From Escherichia phage ECP2301: DNA of 64,000 nt. The position numbers and the translations under genes are program-made. Below the pieces are notes generated by a model, which had not been told where the DNA came from, ran no database searches, and saw nothing but the letters and a program-made list of their open reading frames with translations. The stretch lies in sequence record OR880646.1; one strand, given 5' to 3'. Shown here piece after piece: positions 30,534 through 43,983 of the stretch. Each line of letters starts with the position of its first letter. The first letter of the stretch is position 1.

Positions 30534-30823
30534 TTATCCTCTTTTAACTCTTGGCGATAATAACATATCATAGTTTTCTGATCATGTACATATCGTTTTA
30601 CATCATTAAGCCAAATACGAAATTCCTGGGAATCTTCGAATGGCATACCGACCCAAGCTTTACCATCAATACCTTTAACTTGCCAGGATAGTTTAGCTTC
30701 ATCATATGACTTTATTTGTACTGGCCAATTAGGATGAACTGTTTCTTTCTTTACTTCTAGAGGCTTTGTCGAACAACCAACTAGAAGACCAATAGATAAT
30801 ATTACTGCTGATAGTTTAATCAT
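30524..30823 (-). CDS. Outer-membrane lipoprotein, o-spanin-like
   Basis: 99 aa; signal peptide with lipobox LLVGC; later Cys residues; directly downstream of and overlapping the i-spanin-like gene. Confidence 0.7.
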   Translation of the reverse strand: MIKLSAVILSIGLLVGCSTKPLEVKKETVHPNWPVQIKSYDEAKLSWQVKGIDGKAWVGMPFEDSQEFRIWLNDVKRYVHDQKTMICYYRQELKEDKCK

Positions 30824-31173
30824 TTAGAAAGGTCCTGGATGTCTTCTGCGAACTTGTTGAAGGAGTTGTTGATTTGTTTTTCAACCAATCCTGGCTTATG
30901 AGCCACCACATCCGCCTTCTTTGCGTCTTTGCGCAGTTTTTCATTTTCACGCTCAATAGCAGCAATTGCCTCACGATTTTTATTATTCATCGCATCAATA
31001 TAATTATACTGAATTCGCAAATTATTTAATGCTAAAGCGTTTTCATTGGCCGTTTTTGTAATTTCTACAACAGACGTTTCTAATCTTTCAATTTTATTTT
31101 TTAAAATTAAAGAAGTTCCGCCCAATGCAATTACAATTAATAGCAAACCTGTTGTCGTATTACTTAATTGCAT
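30820..31173 (-). CDS. Inner-membrane protein with periplasmic coiled coil, i-spanin-like
   Basis: 117 aa; N-terminal TM segment GLLLIVIALGGTSLIL then charged helical region. Confidence 0.7.
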   Translation of the reverse strand: MQLSNTTTGLLLIVIALGGTSLILKNKIERLETSVVEITKTANENALALNNLRIQYNYIDAMNNKNREAIAAIERENEKLRKDAKKADVVAHKPGLVEKQINNSFNKFAEDIQDLSK

Positions 31174-31670
31174 AAAGTTTTAATAACCTCTATAATATCG
31201 TCTTGAGAAAGACCGTTAATTAAAATATGATGTTCAGCCGGAGATTTAGAAATTTTAAAGCATGCCTCAACATCTTCTGCCATATCCGATGCGCTACGAT
31301 TTGGATTACTAATTCCAAGACGATGTTTTCCCGTCAAAGGATTAACGATGATATAGCATTTACAGTTATTAATATGAACATTAGGTTGAGTCTGATTAAT
31401 GAATACATCACAATCATATTTCGCAAGCTGATTTTCTAAAAAGACTTTCATCTCCTCAACTGCATCAGGAAGCATATCACGGGCTTGCTCAAGACGACGA
31501 TTTCGATATTCTTTAATGGTCGTTTTCCGCTTGACTTGTTTAGCTAAATCTTTCTTAAGATCGGTGATATATCCAACTCGACGATTTCCTTTAAATACAG
31601 AAATCCCATCTGTAGTATCACCGTATGCTTCAACGACCATCTCAGTAGTAATAAGCTGCAAATCCATCAT
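31164..31670 (-). CDS. alc: Alc, inhibitor of host transcription
   Basis: 168 aa; T4 Alc length and position between spanin-like pair and rnlA. Confidence 0.7.
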   Translation of the reverse strand: MMDLQLITTEMVVEAYGDTTDGISVFKGNRRVGYITDLKKDLAKQVKRKTTIKEYRNRRLEQARDMLPDAVEEMKVFLENQLAKYDCDVFINQTQPNVHINNCKCYIIVNPLTGKHRLGISNPNRSASDMAEDVEACFKISKSPAEHHILINGLSQDDIIEVIKTLCN

Positions 31671-31675
31671 AAAGT

Positions 31676-31728
31676 CCTCATGTTATGTCAGTAAGATTAC
31701 TATAACACAACACGAGGGACTTGTAAAC
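31676..31728 (-). promoter_or_regulatory. Promoter plus leader cassette, copy 2 of a 53-bp exact repeat
   Basis: Identical to 15698-15750; directly upstream of alc start. Confidence 0.6.
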
Positions 31729-31731
31729 AGC

Positions 31732-33319
<1,588 letters not shown>

Positions 33320-33346
33320 AATAAAATGGGCCTTGCGGCCCACTCC

Positions 33347-34516
33347 TTAAAAATATTTTTTAAAACTCATCATAACTTTATCATCAACATCATTATCAAT
33401 CTGTGCTACAAGGTAAGATGACAGTTCTACTTCTTGTGGCGCGGATTGAACATTATCAGAATTAAGATATTCACGAATCCAAGGATACGGATGTTTAACC
33501 GGAGCATCGGTAATTGGGCATGGAAGACCACACTGTTTCATACGAGATACAGTTAAGTAATCAATAAAGCTCCACATGCTATTTGTATTTAATCCAGGAA
33601 CATCGCCATCTTTAAATAAATGAACTGCCCAGTCTTTTTCTTGACGGTTAACTTCCATGAAAATATCAACTGCTTCTTGTTCACACTCTTGGGCAATTTT
33701 AACCCACTCATCACCATCAGTGCCAAGTTGAAGTTGACGAATAATATATTGGGTGCCTTTAAGGTGAAGCTGCTCATCACGTGCAATGAACTTCATAATC
33801 TTGGCATTACCTTCCATGATTTCCATGTTTTTATGGAAGTTAAAGGTACATGCGAAAGATACATAAAAACGAATAGCTTCCAATGCGTTGATTACATGAA
33901 GGCAAAGATAAAGAGATTTCATTAGTGCTCGTTTAGTACATTCAACAACTTTGCCTAACTCTTCTTTACGAAATCCTTCTGATAAAATTCCTTCATAATC
34001 TTCAACAGCATTCTGATATTCACGAGTTTTAACTAGAACATCATCGTAGTAGCGACCAATGGACTCGGCACGTTTCATAATATCTTCATCTAATACAATC
34101 TCATCAAATACCTTTGACGGATCAGTATAAAGATTTCGCATAATATGAGTGTATGAACGGCTGTGAATAGTTTCACTAAAAGTCCATGTAGCAACCCATG
34201 TATCAAGGCTTGGGTCTGAAATTAATGACATAAGTACAGCAGACGGTGCACGACCCTGAATGCTATCTAGAAGTGATTGATACTTCAAGTTATTAGTAAA
34301 AATATCTTGCTGATACTGGGGAAGCTTGTTAAATTGTGCAGCATCCATCATCAAGTTTACTTCTTCAGGACGCCAGAAAAATGATAATTGCTTTTCGGTT
34401 AAATCTTCAAAAACTTTATGGCGTTGAATATCATAACGCGCAATACCAAGACCTGAACCGAAGAACATAGGTTCTTTTAAAACATCAACTGGATTTGTAT
34501 TAAAAACTGTGCTCAT
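33347..34516 (-). CDS. nrdB: Ribonucleotide reductase beta subunit
   Basis: 389 aa; continuous ORF, no intron-sized interruption. Confidence 0.93.
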   Translation of the reverse strand: MSTVFNTNPVDVLKEPMFFGSGLGIARYDIQRHKVFEDLTEKQLSFFWRPEEVNLMMDAAQFNKLPQYQQDIFTNNLKYQSLLDSIQGRAPSAVLMSLISDPSLDTWVATWTFSETIHSRSYTHIMRNLYTDPSKVFDEIVLDEDIMKRAESIGRYYDDVLVKTREYQNAVEDYEGILSEGFRKEELGKVVECTKRALMKSLYLCLHVINALEAIRFYVSFACTFNFHKNMEIMEGNAKIMKFIARDEQLHLKGTQYIIRQLQLGTDGDEWVKIAQECEQEAVDIFMEVNRQEKDWAVHLFKDGDVPGLNTNSMWSFIDYLTVSRMKQCGLPCPITDAPVKHPYPWIREYLNSDNVQSAPQEVELSSYLVAQIDNDVDDKVMMSFKKYF

Positions 34517-34567
34517 AAATTTTCCGCTTAGTTAATAGATAGTGACTCGTCCGTGAGTCAAATTATA

Positions 34568-36832
34568 TCATAATTTACAGGATGAACAATCTTCAGCTTT
34601 TGGAGTTTCTATTTCATAATCATCAGTACCAGAACCGTCACGGGTATTATGATAATAGAAATTTTTTCCGCCAAAATACCAAAAATACAAAAGGTCATCA
34701 ATCATTATTGACATTGGAACCTTTCCTTTTGGAAAAATCTGCGGGTCATAATATGTATTCGCTGAAGCTGATTGACATACCCATTTAAGCATAATAGCTA
34801 CTTGCGTAAGATAAGGTTTATTACCTTTCTTAGCTAATTTCCACGTATAATCATAGAGGTCTATGTTATGCTCAATATTGGGCACGACTTGATTAAAGGA
34901 ACCCTCTTTTGATTCTTTAACAGAGACTGGTCCACGTGGAGGCTCGATACCGTTTGTACTGTTAGAAACTTGGGAAGATGACTCACATGGCATAAGTGCT
35001 GATAATGTGCTATTACGGATGCCAAAGAGCTTAAGGTCTTCCCGCAGCGACGACCAGTCACAAACGTATTTTGGAGCTGCGATTTGGTCAATCTTTTTAT
35101 TGTACCAGTCGATAGGTAATTCGCCTCGAGACCAACGAGTGTCTGAATAATATTCGCAAGGTCCTTTTTCTTTGGCGAGCTTAATGGATGCTTTAATGAG
35201 TCCATACTGTAATCTCTCAAATAGTTCATGTGTTAAATCGTTAGCATCTTCATAAGAAGCAAAATTACTTGCCAGCCAAGCTGCATAGTTAGTAACACCT
35301 ACACCAAGGTTTCGACGCTTTTTAGCTTTTTCTGCTTCAGGAACTGGATATCCTTGGTAGTCCAAAAGATTATCAAGAGCACGAACTTGGACTTCTGCCA
35401 ATTCATTAATTTTATCTTGGTCTTGCCAGTCAAAGTTATCTAACACAAATGCAGATAATGTACACAATCCAATTTCAGCATCAGGACTATTCACATCATT
35501 TGTTGGAATAGCAATTTCACAGCACAAGTTGCTCTGACGAATAGGTGCCTTTTCACGAATAAACGGAGTATAGTTATTCGTATTATCTATGAACTGTACA
35601 TAAATCCTTGCTGTTCCTGAGCGTTCAGTCATGAGTAATTCAAACAGTTCACGGGCTTTAATACGCTTTTTACGAATATTAGGGTCTTTTTCTGCGGCTT
35701 CGTATAATTCACGGAAACGGTCTTGGTCTTTAAAATAAGAATAATAAAGCTCGCCACCCATTTCATGCGGACTGAACAAAGTAATGTAATCGTTCTTTCC
35801 GAATCGTTCCATCATTAGGTCATTCAGTTGAACGCCATAATCCATATGACGGATACGGTTTTCTTCTACGCCTTTGTTATTTTTCAAAACGAGAAGATTT
35901 TCAACTTCCAAATGCCAAATAGGATAATAAGCAGTAGCAGCGCCGCCACGAATTCCGCCCTGTGAGCATGATTTAACTGCAGTCTGAAAATGTTTCCAAA
36001 AAGGAATAACACCAGTATGGCGTACTTCACCTGTGCCAATCTTAGAACCTTCGGCACGAATCATACCAACGTTAATACCAATTCCAGCGCGTTTGGAGAT
36101 ATATTCAACAATTGAAGCAGAAGCCTTATTGATAGACTTTAATGAATCACCTGCTTCAATAACAACGCATGAACTAAACTGCCGAGTTGGAGTACGGCAA
36201 CCAGCCATAATAGGAGTTGGTAATGAAATCTGTCGAGTAGATACTGCTTCATAAAAACGAATAACGTGTTTTAATCTATCAACAGGTTCATCTTGATGCA
36301 ATGCCATTCCAATAGTCATAAATGCAAACTGTGGAGTTTCATAAATTTGACCAGTGGTTTTATCTTTAACTAGATATTTTTCTTTTAATTGCATCGCCCC
36401 GGAATAAGTAAATTCCATATCCCGCTCGTGCTTAATTTTTGATTCTAAAAATGTAATTTCTTCGGCAGAATATTTTGACAACAATTCAGGGTCGTATTTA
36501 CCTTCATTTACACAGTAAGAAATATGGTCAATAAATGAACGTGGTTCATACTGCCCGTAAACATGCTTACGAAGAGCGAACATTAAACAGCGTGCAGCTA
36601 CATATTGATAATCAGGCTCTTCAACTGAAATAGAATTCGCAGCAGCCTTAATTACAATGGTTTGAATGTCATCAGTTGTCATTCCATCACGGAGATATGA
36701 TTTAATATTTTCATATAATTCATAAGGATCTACAGATGTTCCTTCAGCTGCCCAAGATAAAACTTTAATAATTTTTTGCGGGTCAAAGCTCTGAGAAACA
36801 CCACTACTTTTGATAACATTAATTAATTGCAT
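34568..36832 (-). CDS. nrdA: Ribonucleotide reductase alpha subunit
   Basis: 754 aa; ATP-cone N-terminus, class I RNR catalytic region. Confidence 0.95.
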   Translation of the reverse strand: MQLINVIKSSGVSQSFDPQKIIKVLSWAAEGTSVDPYELYENIKSYLRDGMTTDDIQTIVIKAAANSISVEEPDYQYVAARCLMFALRKHVYGQYEPRSFIDHISYCVNEGKYDPELLSKYSAEEITFLESKIKHERDMEFTYSGAMQLKEKYLVKDKTTGQIYETPQFAFMTIGMALHQDEPVDRLKHVIRFYEAVSTRQISLPTPIMAGCRTPTRQFSSCVVIEAGDSLKSINKASASIVEYISKRAGIGINVGMIRAEGSKIGTGEVRHTGVIPFWKHFQTAVKSCSQGGIRGGAATAYYPIWHLEVENLLVLKNNKGVEENRIRHMDYGVQLNDLMMERFGKNDYITLFSPHEMGGELYYSYFKDQDRFRELYEAAEKDPNIRKKRIKARELFELLMTERSGTARIYVQFIDNTNNYTPFIREKAPIRQSNLCCEIAIPTNDVNSPDAEIGLCTLSAFVLDNFDWQDQDKINELAEVQVRALDNLLDYQGYPVPEAEKAKKRRNLGVGVTNYAAWLASNFASYEDANDLTHELFERLQYGLIKASIKLAKEKGPCEYYSDTRWSRGELPIDWYNKKIDQIAAPKYVCDWSSLREDLKLFGIRNSTLSALMPCESSSQVSNSTNGIEPPRGPVSVKESKEGSFNQVVPNIEHNIDLYDYTWKLAKKGNKPYLTQVAIMLKWVCQSASANTYYDPQIFPKGKVPMSIMIDDLLYFWYFGGKNFYYHNTRDGSGTDDYEIETPKAEDCSSCKL

Positions 36833-37149
36833 AAGTCCTCAACTTGAAAATCGTCTTTAAACAATCGGTTAACTATATGAGCTATTATATCACCATGACA
36901 CGGCTTTGGTTTACATGTGCATCCTAGCCTCATTCCACGTAAAGGCTCTAAATGTGCTTTAGTTATTTCTCCGGATTTAATTCGACGTATAAAATCTTTT
37001 TTGAATAATTCAATGGCAGCCTCCCGGCTGCCAGCATCTTTACCGACGTAATTTCCCCAAAATGTACCACGGTGAATATTAACATCAAAGTCGGATTTAT
37101 ATTTATTCACTACCTGGCATAGACGGCCCGCGCGGTAATAATTCTTCAT
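36823..37149 (-). CDS. Hypothetical protein
   Basis: 108 aa ORF overlapping nrdA start. Confidence 0.5.
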   Translation of the reverse strand: MKNYYRAGRLCQVVNKYKSDFDVNIHRGTFWGNYVGKDAGSREAAIELFKKDFIRRIKSGEITKAHLEPLRGMRLGCTCKPKPCHGDIIAHIVNRLFKDDFQVEDLCN

Positions 37150-37366
37150 ATTGTTGTTCCGTTAAAACAGTAATATCATAGTAGCAATCAGAAGAAGTTT
37201 TAACTGTGGAAATTTTATTATCAAAATACTCACGAGTCATTTTATGAGTATAATACTTTTTACCATAAATGATAATAGGTTGTTCTGGTCCTGGAACTTC
37301 TAACTCGCTTGGATTAGGAAGTGTAAAAAGAACGACACCAGAAGTATCCTTAAATCGTAAAATCAT
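37103..37366 (-). CDS. Hypothetical protein
   Basis: ORF overlapping upstream gene; start uncertain. Confidence 0.45.
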   Translation of the reverse strand: MILRFKDTSGVVLFTLPNPSELEVPGPEQPIIIYGKKYYTHKMTREYFDNKISTVKTSSDCYYDITVLTEQQYEELLPRGPSMPGSE

Positions 37367-37389
37367 ATATCCTCTCAATTAAATTAAAA

Positions 37390-38249
37390 TTACACCGCCA
37401 TCTTTCCTTTAATTGGCGGGTGAGATACGTAGTTGTTAAGAACAAAATTATGTGGCTTTGCGAATTGACTCAACCAAAATACCTGTGATTCTGTGTCCCA
37501 TTCATCAAATTCATCTGGAAATTTTAATTGTAATTCGCATAAATCCATAGGTTCACGACGCAAAAGTTCTTTACATTGTTCTACGTGATTCATATAGATA
37601 TGAGTATTACCACCAGAAAATATCAAATCTCCTGGAATAAGATTACACATCTTAGCTACAATATGAACTAACGTAGCATATGATGCAATATTAAATGGAA
37701 GACCGAGGAAAACATCTACCGAACGTTGATACCACTGCAAATCCAAATAGCCATTACGTACGTTAAATTGATAGAACATATGACAAGGCGGTAATGCCAT
37801 ATATTTAAGTTCAGCTGGATTCCATGCAGAAACAATTTGACGTCTATCATTTGGCAATTTTTTAATACGATCAACAACTTCTATAATTTGGTCTACACCG
37901 CCAAAATCACGCCATTGTTTTCCATAAATTGGACCAAGTTCACCGCTATGGTATCCTAAATCTTTTGCTTGATTTTCGTAATTTTCATCCCAGACTGTTT
38001 TGCCTTGAATTAATGAATCGTGTTGAATTAATCGCAAATCATTGACATTTGTGCTTCCCGATAAAAACCATATTAGCTCAGCAATGCAAGCTTTCCAGGC
38101 GAGCTTCTTAGTCGTTACTGCAGGAAAACCTTTAGTTAAATCCCAGCGTAATTTAGTACCGAACAAAGCAATTGTTCCTGTGCCTGTTCGGTCATCGGTT
38201 TCATAACCGTTTTCCAGGATATCTTTAATTAAAAATTGGTATTGTTTCA

Positions 38250-38250
<1 letters not shown>
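37390..38250 (-). CDS. td: Thymidylate synthase (uninterrupted)
   Basis: 286 aa from MKQYQ...; TS motifs; continuous ORF, so no group I intron. Confidence 0.93.
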
Positions 38251-39278
<1,028 letters not shown>

Positions 39279-39294
<16 letters not shown>

Positions 39295-39638
39295 TGAAAA
39301 GGGTCATGAGCATATCCGCTAGCGTCAATCATTTTAACTAAAGTTACCATTCCTCTGTTAACTGCTTGTGCGATTTCATCAAAAACTTCGTCACTATCGT
39401 CGTAAAGGTCATTAAAAAGTTCTAATACGTTCTTCTGAACTTTTAATTTACGGCCGACAATTTCGCCTACAGTAAATTCGTTTCCGCCAAATCCAGCGTA
39501 AAATGTAATTACACCCATTAACTGGCTTTCACGGGAATCTATGTCGTGTGATAAATTAATAAAAGCCGTCCCAGGCGCGGTTTTAAGTTGGCAACGAATT
39601 TTTACTTGGGTAATTCCAGTTATATGAATGTTAGACAT
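39279..39638 (-). CDS. Hypothetical protein
   Basis: 119 aa ORF. Confidence 0.5.
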
Positions 39639-39648
39639 AATATTTTTC

Positions 39649-39891
39649 TCAAACAGACTTTTTCACAATTTTCCAATCAGCTTTAAACTGTTCAACATCA
39701 GAATGGTAAATCCAAAACCCTGCGCTTTCTCCATCCTCATAAAGAGGGCATCCATCGCATTCATCTTCCCATCCCATATCACGCAAAAGACGTTCAGCTT
39801 TTTCAACAAGTTCAGAATTTTTACCGATGATATTAAAATACCATTTACCTCTAACTTCTGAATCTTTAATGCTCTGACGTTGTAATCTCAT
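39649..39891 (-). CDS. Hypothetical protein
   Basis: 80 aa ORF. Confidence 0.5.
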   Translation of the reverse strand: MRLQRQSIKDSEVRGKWYFNIIGKNSELVEKAERLLRDMGWEDECDGCPLYEDGESAGFWIYHSDVEQFKADWKIVKKSV

Positions 39892-39945
39892 TTTATTCTC
39901 CTTAGTTGATAGGGTAATAGTATCACACTACTACCCTTCTGTAAA

Positions 39946-40326
39946 CTACTTTTTAAAAGTTTTTCGCAAAAGTTCAATGATTTCATCTACATTGTTTTCG
40001 TCAACAATGCAGTGAATTTTTGTTACGCCAGAAACCTTGTCTTCAATTTCATCTTCTTCAGAAGTCGGTTCTTTATACTCGCGAAAACAATGAAATTCGT
40101 CTTCGCAAATTTCTGAAAGTCTATCACAAAGGTAAAAATGCTTTCCATTAGCGCATTCAATGTGTTTTACCGCTTTAAATCCATTAGCAAAGAAAACTTC
40201 TTTAACTTCAAACCATCCGCCATTTTCTCGAATAATTTTAACTATTGACGCATTGGATCGTGGGCTATAATTAATAAATGTATCAATAAGTCTTGGAACA
40301 AGTTCATACTTTTTGCCAATATACAT
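39946..40326 (-). CDS. Hypothetical protein
   Basis: 126 aa ORF. Confidence 0.5.
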   Translation of the reverse strand: MYIGKKYELVPRLIDTFINYSPRSNASIVKIIRENGGWFEVKEVFFANGFKAVKHIECANGKHFYLCDRLSEICEDEFHCFREYKEPTSEEDEIEDKVSGVTKIHCIVDENNVDEIIELLRKTFKK

Positions 40327-40370
40327 TATGTTTTCCTCATTTTAATAGGGGCTTTATAGCCCCTTGATAA

Positions 40371-40634
40371 TTATTGTTCAATCAGTCCCATGTAAAATTC
40401 TGCGTCTTCAGAATCCATACCATCACAATATTCATTAGCCATAAAACGAGTGAGGTCTTCAAGAGGACCTTCAATAACGATTTGAATACTCCAAAACTTA
40501 GAATCTTGTACGCTTGTGATACTAAGTTCAGGATAACGATTACGAATAATTTCTTCAATATATTCAAAATCAACGATGTCAATATCAACTTTAGCCATAT
40601 TATTTTCCTCTTTAATCATCAGCAGTATTGCCAA
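40371..40634 (-). CDS. Hypothetical acidic protein
   Basis: 87 aa ORF directly downstream of an early promoter. Confidence 0.5.
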   Translation of the reverse strand: MAILLMIKEENNMAKVDIDIVDFEYIEEIIRNRYPELSITSVQDSKFWSIQIVIEGPLEDLTRFMANEYCDGMDSEDAEFYMGLIEQ

Positions 40635-40698
40635 TAGTTGTATAGTACCACAGTCCTTGTGGTATGTAAACTGTTTTGTGAAAAAATTTTTGAAATAA
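40625..40698 (-). promoter_or_regulatory. T4-type early promoter
   Basis: Minus strand A/T-rich UP region, GTTTAC -35, spacer, cTGTGGTACTATAca extended -10. Confidence 0.7.
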
Positions 40699-40699
40699 A

Positions 40700-40722
40700 A
40701 AAGGGGACCTCTAGGGTCCCCA
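40700..40722 (-). terminator. Intrinsic terminator after gene 32
   Basis: ggggaccc-tcta-gggtcccc hairpin followed on minus strand by TTTTTTATTT. Confidence 0.75.
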
Positions 40723-40743
40723 ATTAATTAGTAATATAATCTA

Positions 40744-41652
40744 TTAAAGGTCATTCAAAAGGTCATCCAGGTCCGTGTCATCAGCACTAGATGAACTGCC
40801 AGAGCTTGAGCTCATAAAATCATCTTCAGTTTTTGTATTGAAGTCATCAACATTGAATGCATCCAAATCATCAGCAACTTTATCAGCTTTCTTAGCGGCA
40901 GTCGCTGCGGCACCACCCATAGCAGCAGTTCCCATAACTTGACTGAACTTAGTGCTCAGTTCTTCAAACGATTTGAATTTATCTTTAGAAGTCATTTCAG
41001 AAAGGTCAACCATTTGTTCGAACAGTTCTTTCTGGAAAGATTCATCATCAATGTTTGGAATCGCAGATTGATTCAGGAATTTAGATTCGTCGTAGTTACT
41101 AAAACCAGAAACTTGTTTAACTTTCAGTACAAAGTTAGCACCTTCCCACGGACAAGTTACATCAACTGGAGTTTCACCCATTTCAACATCAACTGCAATC
41201 ATTGCATTGATTTTATCCCAGATTTTCTTACCGAAGCGGTATTTAAATACTTTACCTTCATTTTCTGGAGCAGCTGGGTCTTTTACTACAAGAATGTTAG
41301 CCCAGTAAGAAGTTTTACGTTTAACAAGACCGTACTCTTTATTGTCAGTATTGTACAAATCATTTTTACTGATGTACTGACATACTGGACAAGAATCGTA
41401 ATCACCGTGGGTAGATGAACAGTTTTCAATATACCATTTACCATTTTTCTTGAAACCGTGATTTACAAGAATTGCGAATGGTGCTTGTTCATCATTTTTA
41501 GACGGAAGAAAACGAATTACTGCTTGACCGTTACCCGCATTATCGAGTTTCAGTTTCCACTCGCCTTTATCTTCAGAAGAAAAACCACCTTTATTTCCAG
41601 CCAGTTTAGCCATTTGTGCAGCGAGTTCAGCAGTAGATTTACGTTTAAACAT
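40744..41652 (-). CDS. 32: Single-stranded DNA-binding protein gp32
   Basis: 302 aa; matches T4 gp32 as recalled, including acidic C-terminus ...[12 protein letters not shown]. Confidence 0.95.
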   Translation of the reverse strand: MFKRKSTAELAAQMAKLAGNKGGFSSEDKGEWKLKLDNAGNGQAVIRFLPSKNDEQAPFAILVNHGFKKNGKWYIENCSSTHGDYDSCPVCQYISKNDLYNTDNKEYGLVKRKTSYWANILVVKDPAAPENEGKVFKYRFGKKIWDKINAMIAVDVEMGETPVDVTCPWEGANFVLKVKQVSGFSNYDESKFLNQSAIPNIDDESFQKELFEQMVDLSEMTSKDKFKSFEELSTKFSQVMGTAAMGGAAATAAKKADKVADDLDAFNVDDFNTKTEDDFMSSSSGSSSSADDTDLDDLLNDL

Positions 41653-41751
41653 TTTTATTTCCTTTTTAATTTAATTAACAGTTGGTGCTATGACGATGTA
41701 TGACCTCATAGCTGGTCAGTGAGATAATTATAATATATTTATAATAAGCAA
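41653..41751 (-). promoter_or_regulatory. Gene 32 5' leader: autogenous translational operator (plus late promoter)
   Basis: mRNA reads ...GAGGUCAUACAUCGUCAUAGCACC...UUAAAUUAAAAAGGAAAUAAAAAUG; TATAAATA present further upstream. Confidence 0.75.
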
Positions 41752-42405
41752 TTAATACTTGCAAGATTTCACAGTTTCAATAAAAACACTTTTAGCTTTC
41801 TGCGAATCAATATTTAAAATTTTTCTATAAGCCTTTAACTTTATAGAATAATTATTCCAGACTAAATTATCAGTCTGTTCATCATGTTTATCGATTATAT
41901 TTAAAAACGAATCAAGCAAGATAAACGTCTCAAACGAAATTATATTCGATTGAAGTAGTTTAAAAATATAACTTGATTGAACTTTTGGATTATACTCAAA
42001 GATTTCTTTAAAAGCAGAAACTTCAACTTTTTTACTAAAATAATAAATGTTGCGAATATCTTCTTCAAACTTAAATTTAATTTGCTTTAAGCGTCCGATA
42101 TATTCACGATAAAACACAAGTGCATCAGCGTCAGAGATGTCACCAATCCAAGCATCTTGGTTAGCAACAAGATTGCTTATAAAGATTAAAGCAAGTTCCT
42201 TTAATTTATATTTTTCTGATAACTTCTGGAAAAAATACTTATCCCTTCGCTTTTGATAAGCGGCATCAGACACCCGCATGCACCAATTATACTTAATTAC
42301 ATCATACTTTCCATTCATATGTTGTTTTATCATTAAGTATAATTTATAAACTGATTTACCATCAATATATCTTTCACCACCAGCAGGCATGCGGAGTTTA
42401 ATCAT
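41752..42405 (-). CDS. 59: Helicase-loading protein gp59
   Basis: 217 aa; T4 length and position. Confidence 0.85.
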   Translation of the reverse strand: MIKLRMPAGGERYIDGKSVYKLYLMIKQHMNGKYDVIKYNWCMRVSDAAYQKRRDKYFFQKLSEKYKLKELALIFISNLVANQDAWIGDISDADALVFYREYIGRLKQIKFKFEEDIRNIYYFSKKVEVSAFKEIFEYNPKVQSSYIFKLLQSNIISFETFILLDSFLNIIDKHDEQTDNLVWNNYSIKLKAYRKILNIDSQKAKSVFIETVKSCKY

Positions 42406-42749
42406 AATAGAAAATCTAATGTATTAGTTTTTTCACAACGAACAACAGAAGGACGTAAAAGATTTTCGTCAATAGCTTCTGACTGAATTTTTTCAATTAT
42501 ACCCGAAGGAATAAATTTAGCAAATTGAGTTTCAGGAATAGAATTTTCTTCTAAGAACGCTGTTGTAGCTTCAAGATAACTCATTCCAAACTCTTCTACC
42601 ATTTTTTCAATAATAAATCCATTTTCTTGGCGGTCAAGAAGCTTTGCTATTTCATCCTTTTCTTTCTTAATTGAAAGTTCTTTTTCTGAAAGACCGGTCT
42701 CATCGACCGGACGAATATCATTTAGAGAAAACTGTGTCATAAAGTTCAA
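42402..42749 (-). CDS. 33: Late transcription co-activator gp33
   Basis: 115 aa; position. Confidence 0.8.
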   Translation of the reverse strand: MNFMTQFSLNDIRPVDETGLSEKELSIKKEKDEIAKLLDRQENGFIIEKMVEEFGMSYLEATTAFLEENSIPETQFAKFIPSGIIEKIQSEAIDENLLRPSVVRCEKTNTLDFLL

Positions 42750-42987
42750 CTACCTCTTCAGTTTCAGCTTCAAACACATCACGGTTATCTTTATGATACA
42801 AAGCTAACAGACGATTAAACATCTTACCATCAACGCCAAGTTCATCTTTGGCACGAATTCGAATATCTTTAATCAATTCATTATAACCAGAAATTTTCAG
42901 TTTATGATCAGATGCTTCTTTAATAAATTTAGCCAAGTCTTCGCCATGGATAGCTTCATCAAATTCAACCATTTCTTTTTTAGCCAT
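42718..42987 (-). CDS. dsbA: DsbA dsDNA-binding protein
   Basis: 89 aa; T4 length and position. Confidence 0.75.
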   Translation of the reverse strand: MAKKEMVEFDEAIHGEDLAKFIKEASDHKLKISGYNELIKDIRIRAKDELGVDGKMFNRLLALYHKDNRDVFEAETEEVVELYDTVFSK

Positions 42988-42995
42988 TATTCACC

Positions 42996-43913
42996 TCAAA
43001 ATTCATTAATGCTATTAGTTAATTTAGAAAGACCCGCTTTTACAAAATATGAATAAATTTTGCCACGCGGTGGTAATTTATATGAATTATAGTAATTCAC
43101 AATGTTTGAAGCAATATTATCAGGAATATAATCAAAATCAATTAGAACTAAATTTTCTTTATAACGATTATATTCAGATTCTGTGAGAAGCACCTTAGCT
43201 TGCTCGCGGTCATTAGCAATAGCTTCAACAATAGAGGTTTTCATTGAAGGAGTTCGTTCACCTTCAACTCTGGTAAACCAAAAGTCAGATCGTACTTTAA
43301 CTGAAGCAACGTTATCCTTTTTGTCGCCTTTAAGGATTTTAGTCATACAGTCAATTTCAGCAGAACCGCTTTTAATTTTAACCCATTTCTTGTGCATCGG
43401 TGACCATTGCTTAACATTTGGGTATTTATGGAGTTGAGTAAAGTCACCATCAGATGAAATGATTAAAATCTTGTGTCCTTCTAAAGAGAACTTTTTAACA
43501 AGAACAGCAATATGGTCATCCGCTTCATACTTATCAATATCCATAACAATGTATGGCATATAAGCTTTCAATTCATCTATAACTTTATGACTGGATTCAA
43601 AATAACCTTCCCAGTCCCAAGTAGATTCTTCTCGTGCTTTTCCACGGTTTTTCTTATAATAATAAGCGAAATCGCGACGCCAATATCCAGATTTCGCGTT
43701 ATCAATACACAATACAATTTTAGTGTATCCAAGAGTTTTTGCTTTTTTGACATTAAACTTAATTGAGTTCAGTATCAAATGACGAACCATTGATAAATTA
43801 ATTTTTTCTTTATCTGGGAAGTTTACCAAAGCAGTTGAAAGCGCAATTTGACTAAAGTCAATTAAGCAGATTCCTTCTTTGTAATCTTCATCCAGCATCA
43901 TTTCTAAATCCAT
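42996..43913 (-). CDS. rnh: RNase H (5'-3' exonuclease / flap endonuclease)
   Basis: 305 aa from MDLEMMLDEDYKEG (T4 RNase H N-terminus as recalled). Confidence 0.9.
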   Translation of the reverse strand: MDLEMMLDEDYKEGICLIDFSQIALSTALVNFPDKEKINLSMVRHLILNSIKFNVKKAKTLGYTKIVLCIDNAKSGYWRRDFAYYYKKNRGKAREESTWDWEGYFESSHKVIDELKAYMPYIVMDIDKYEADDHIAVLVKKFSLEGHKILIISSDGDFTQLHKYPNVKQWSPMHKKWVKIKSGSAEIDCMTKILKGDKKDNVASVKVRSDFWFTRVEGERTPSMKTSIVEAIANDREQAKVLLTESEYNRYKENLVLIDFDYIPDNIASNIVNYYNSYKLPPRGKIYSYFVKAGLSKLTNSINEF

Positions 43914-43975
43914 ATGAACCTCGTTCAATTAGTGAGATTTCTATTATATACCATCCGAATCTTAAAGTAAACAAG

Positions 43976-43983
43976 TATAAATA
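43976..43983 (+). promoter_or_regulatory. Late promoter for gene 34
   Basis: TATAAATA about 35 nt upstream of gene 34 start. Confidence 0.75.

Noticed and set aside
33325-33345. Hairpin between nrdB and denA as a plain transcription terminator
   Set aside because: There is no U-tract after the hairpin on the transcribed strand and it sits between an SD-like sequence and the denA AUG, so a translational role fits better than termination.
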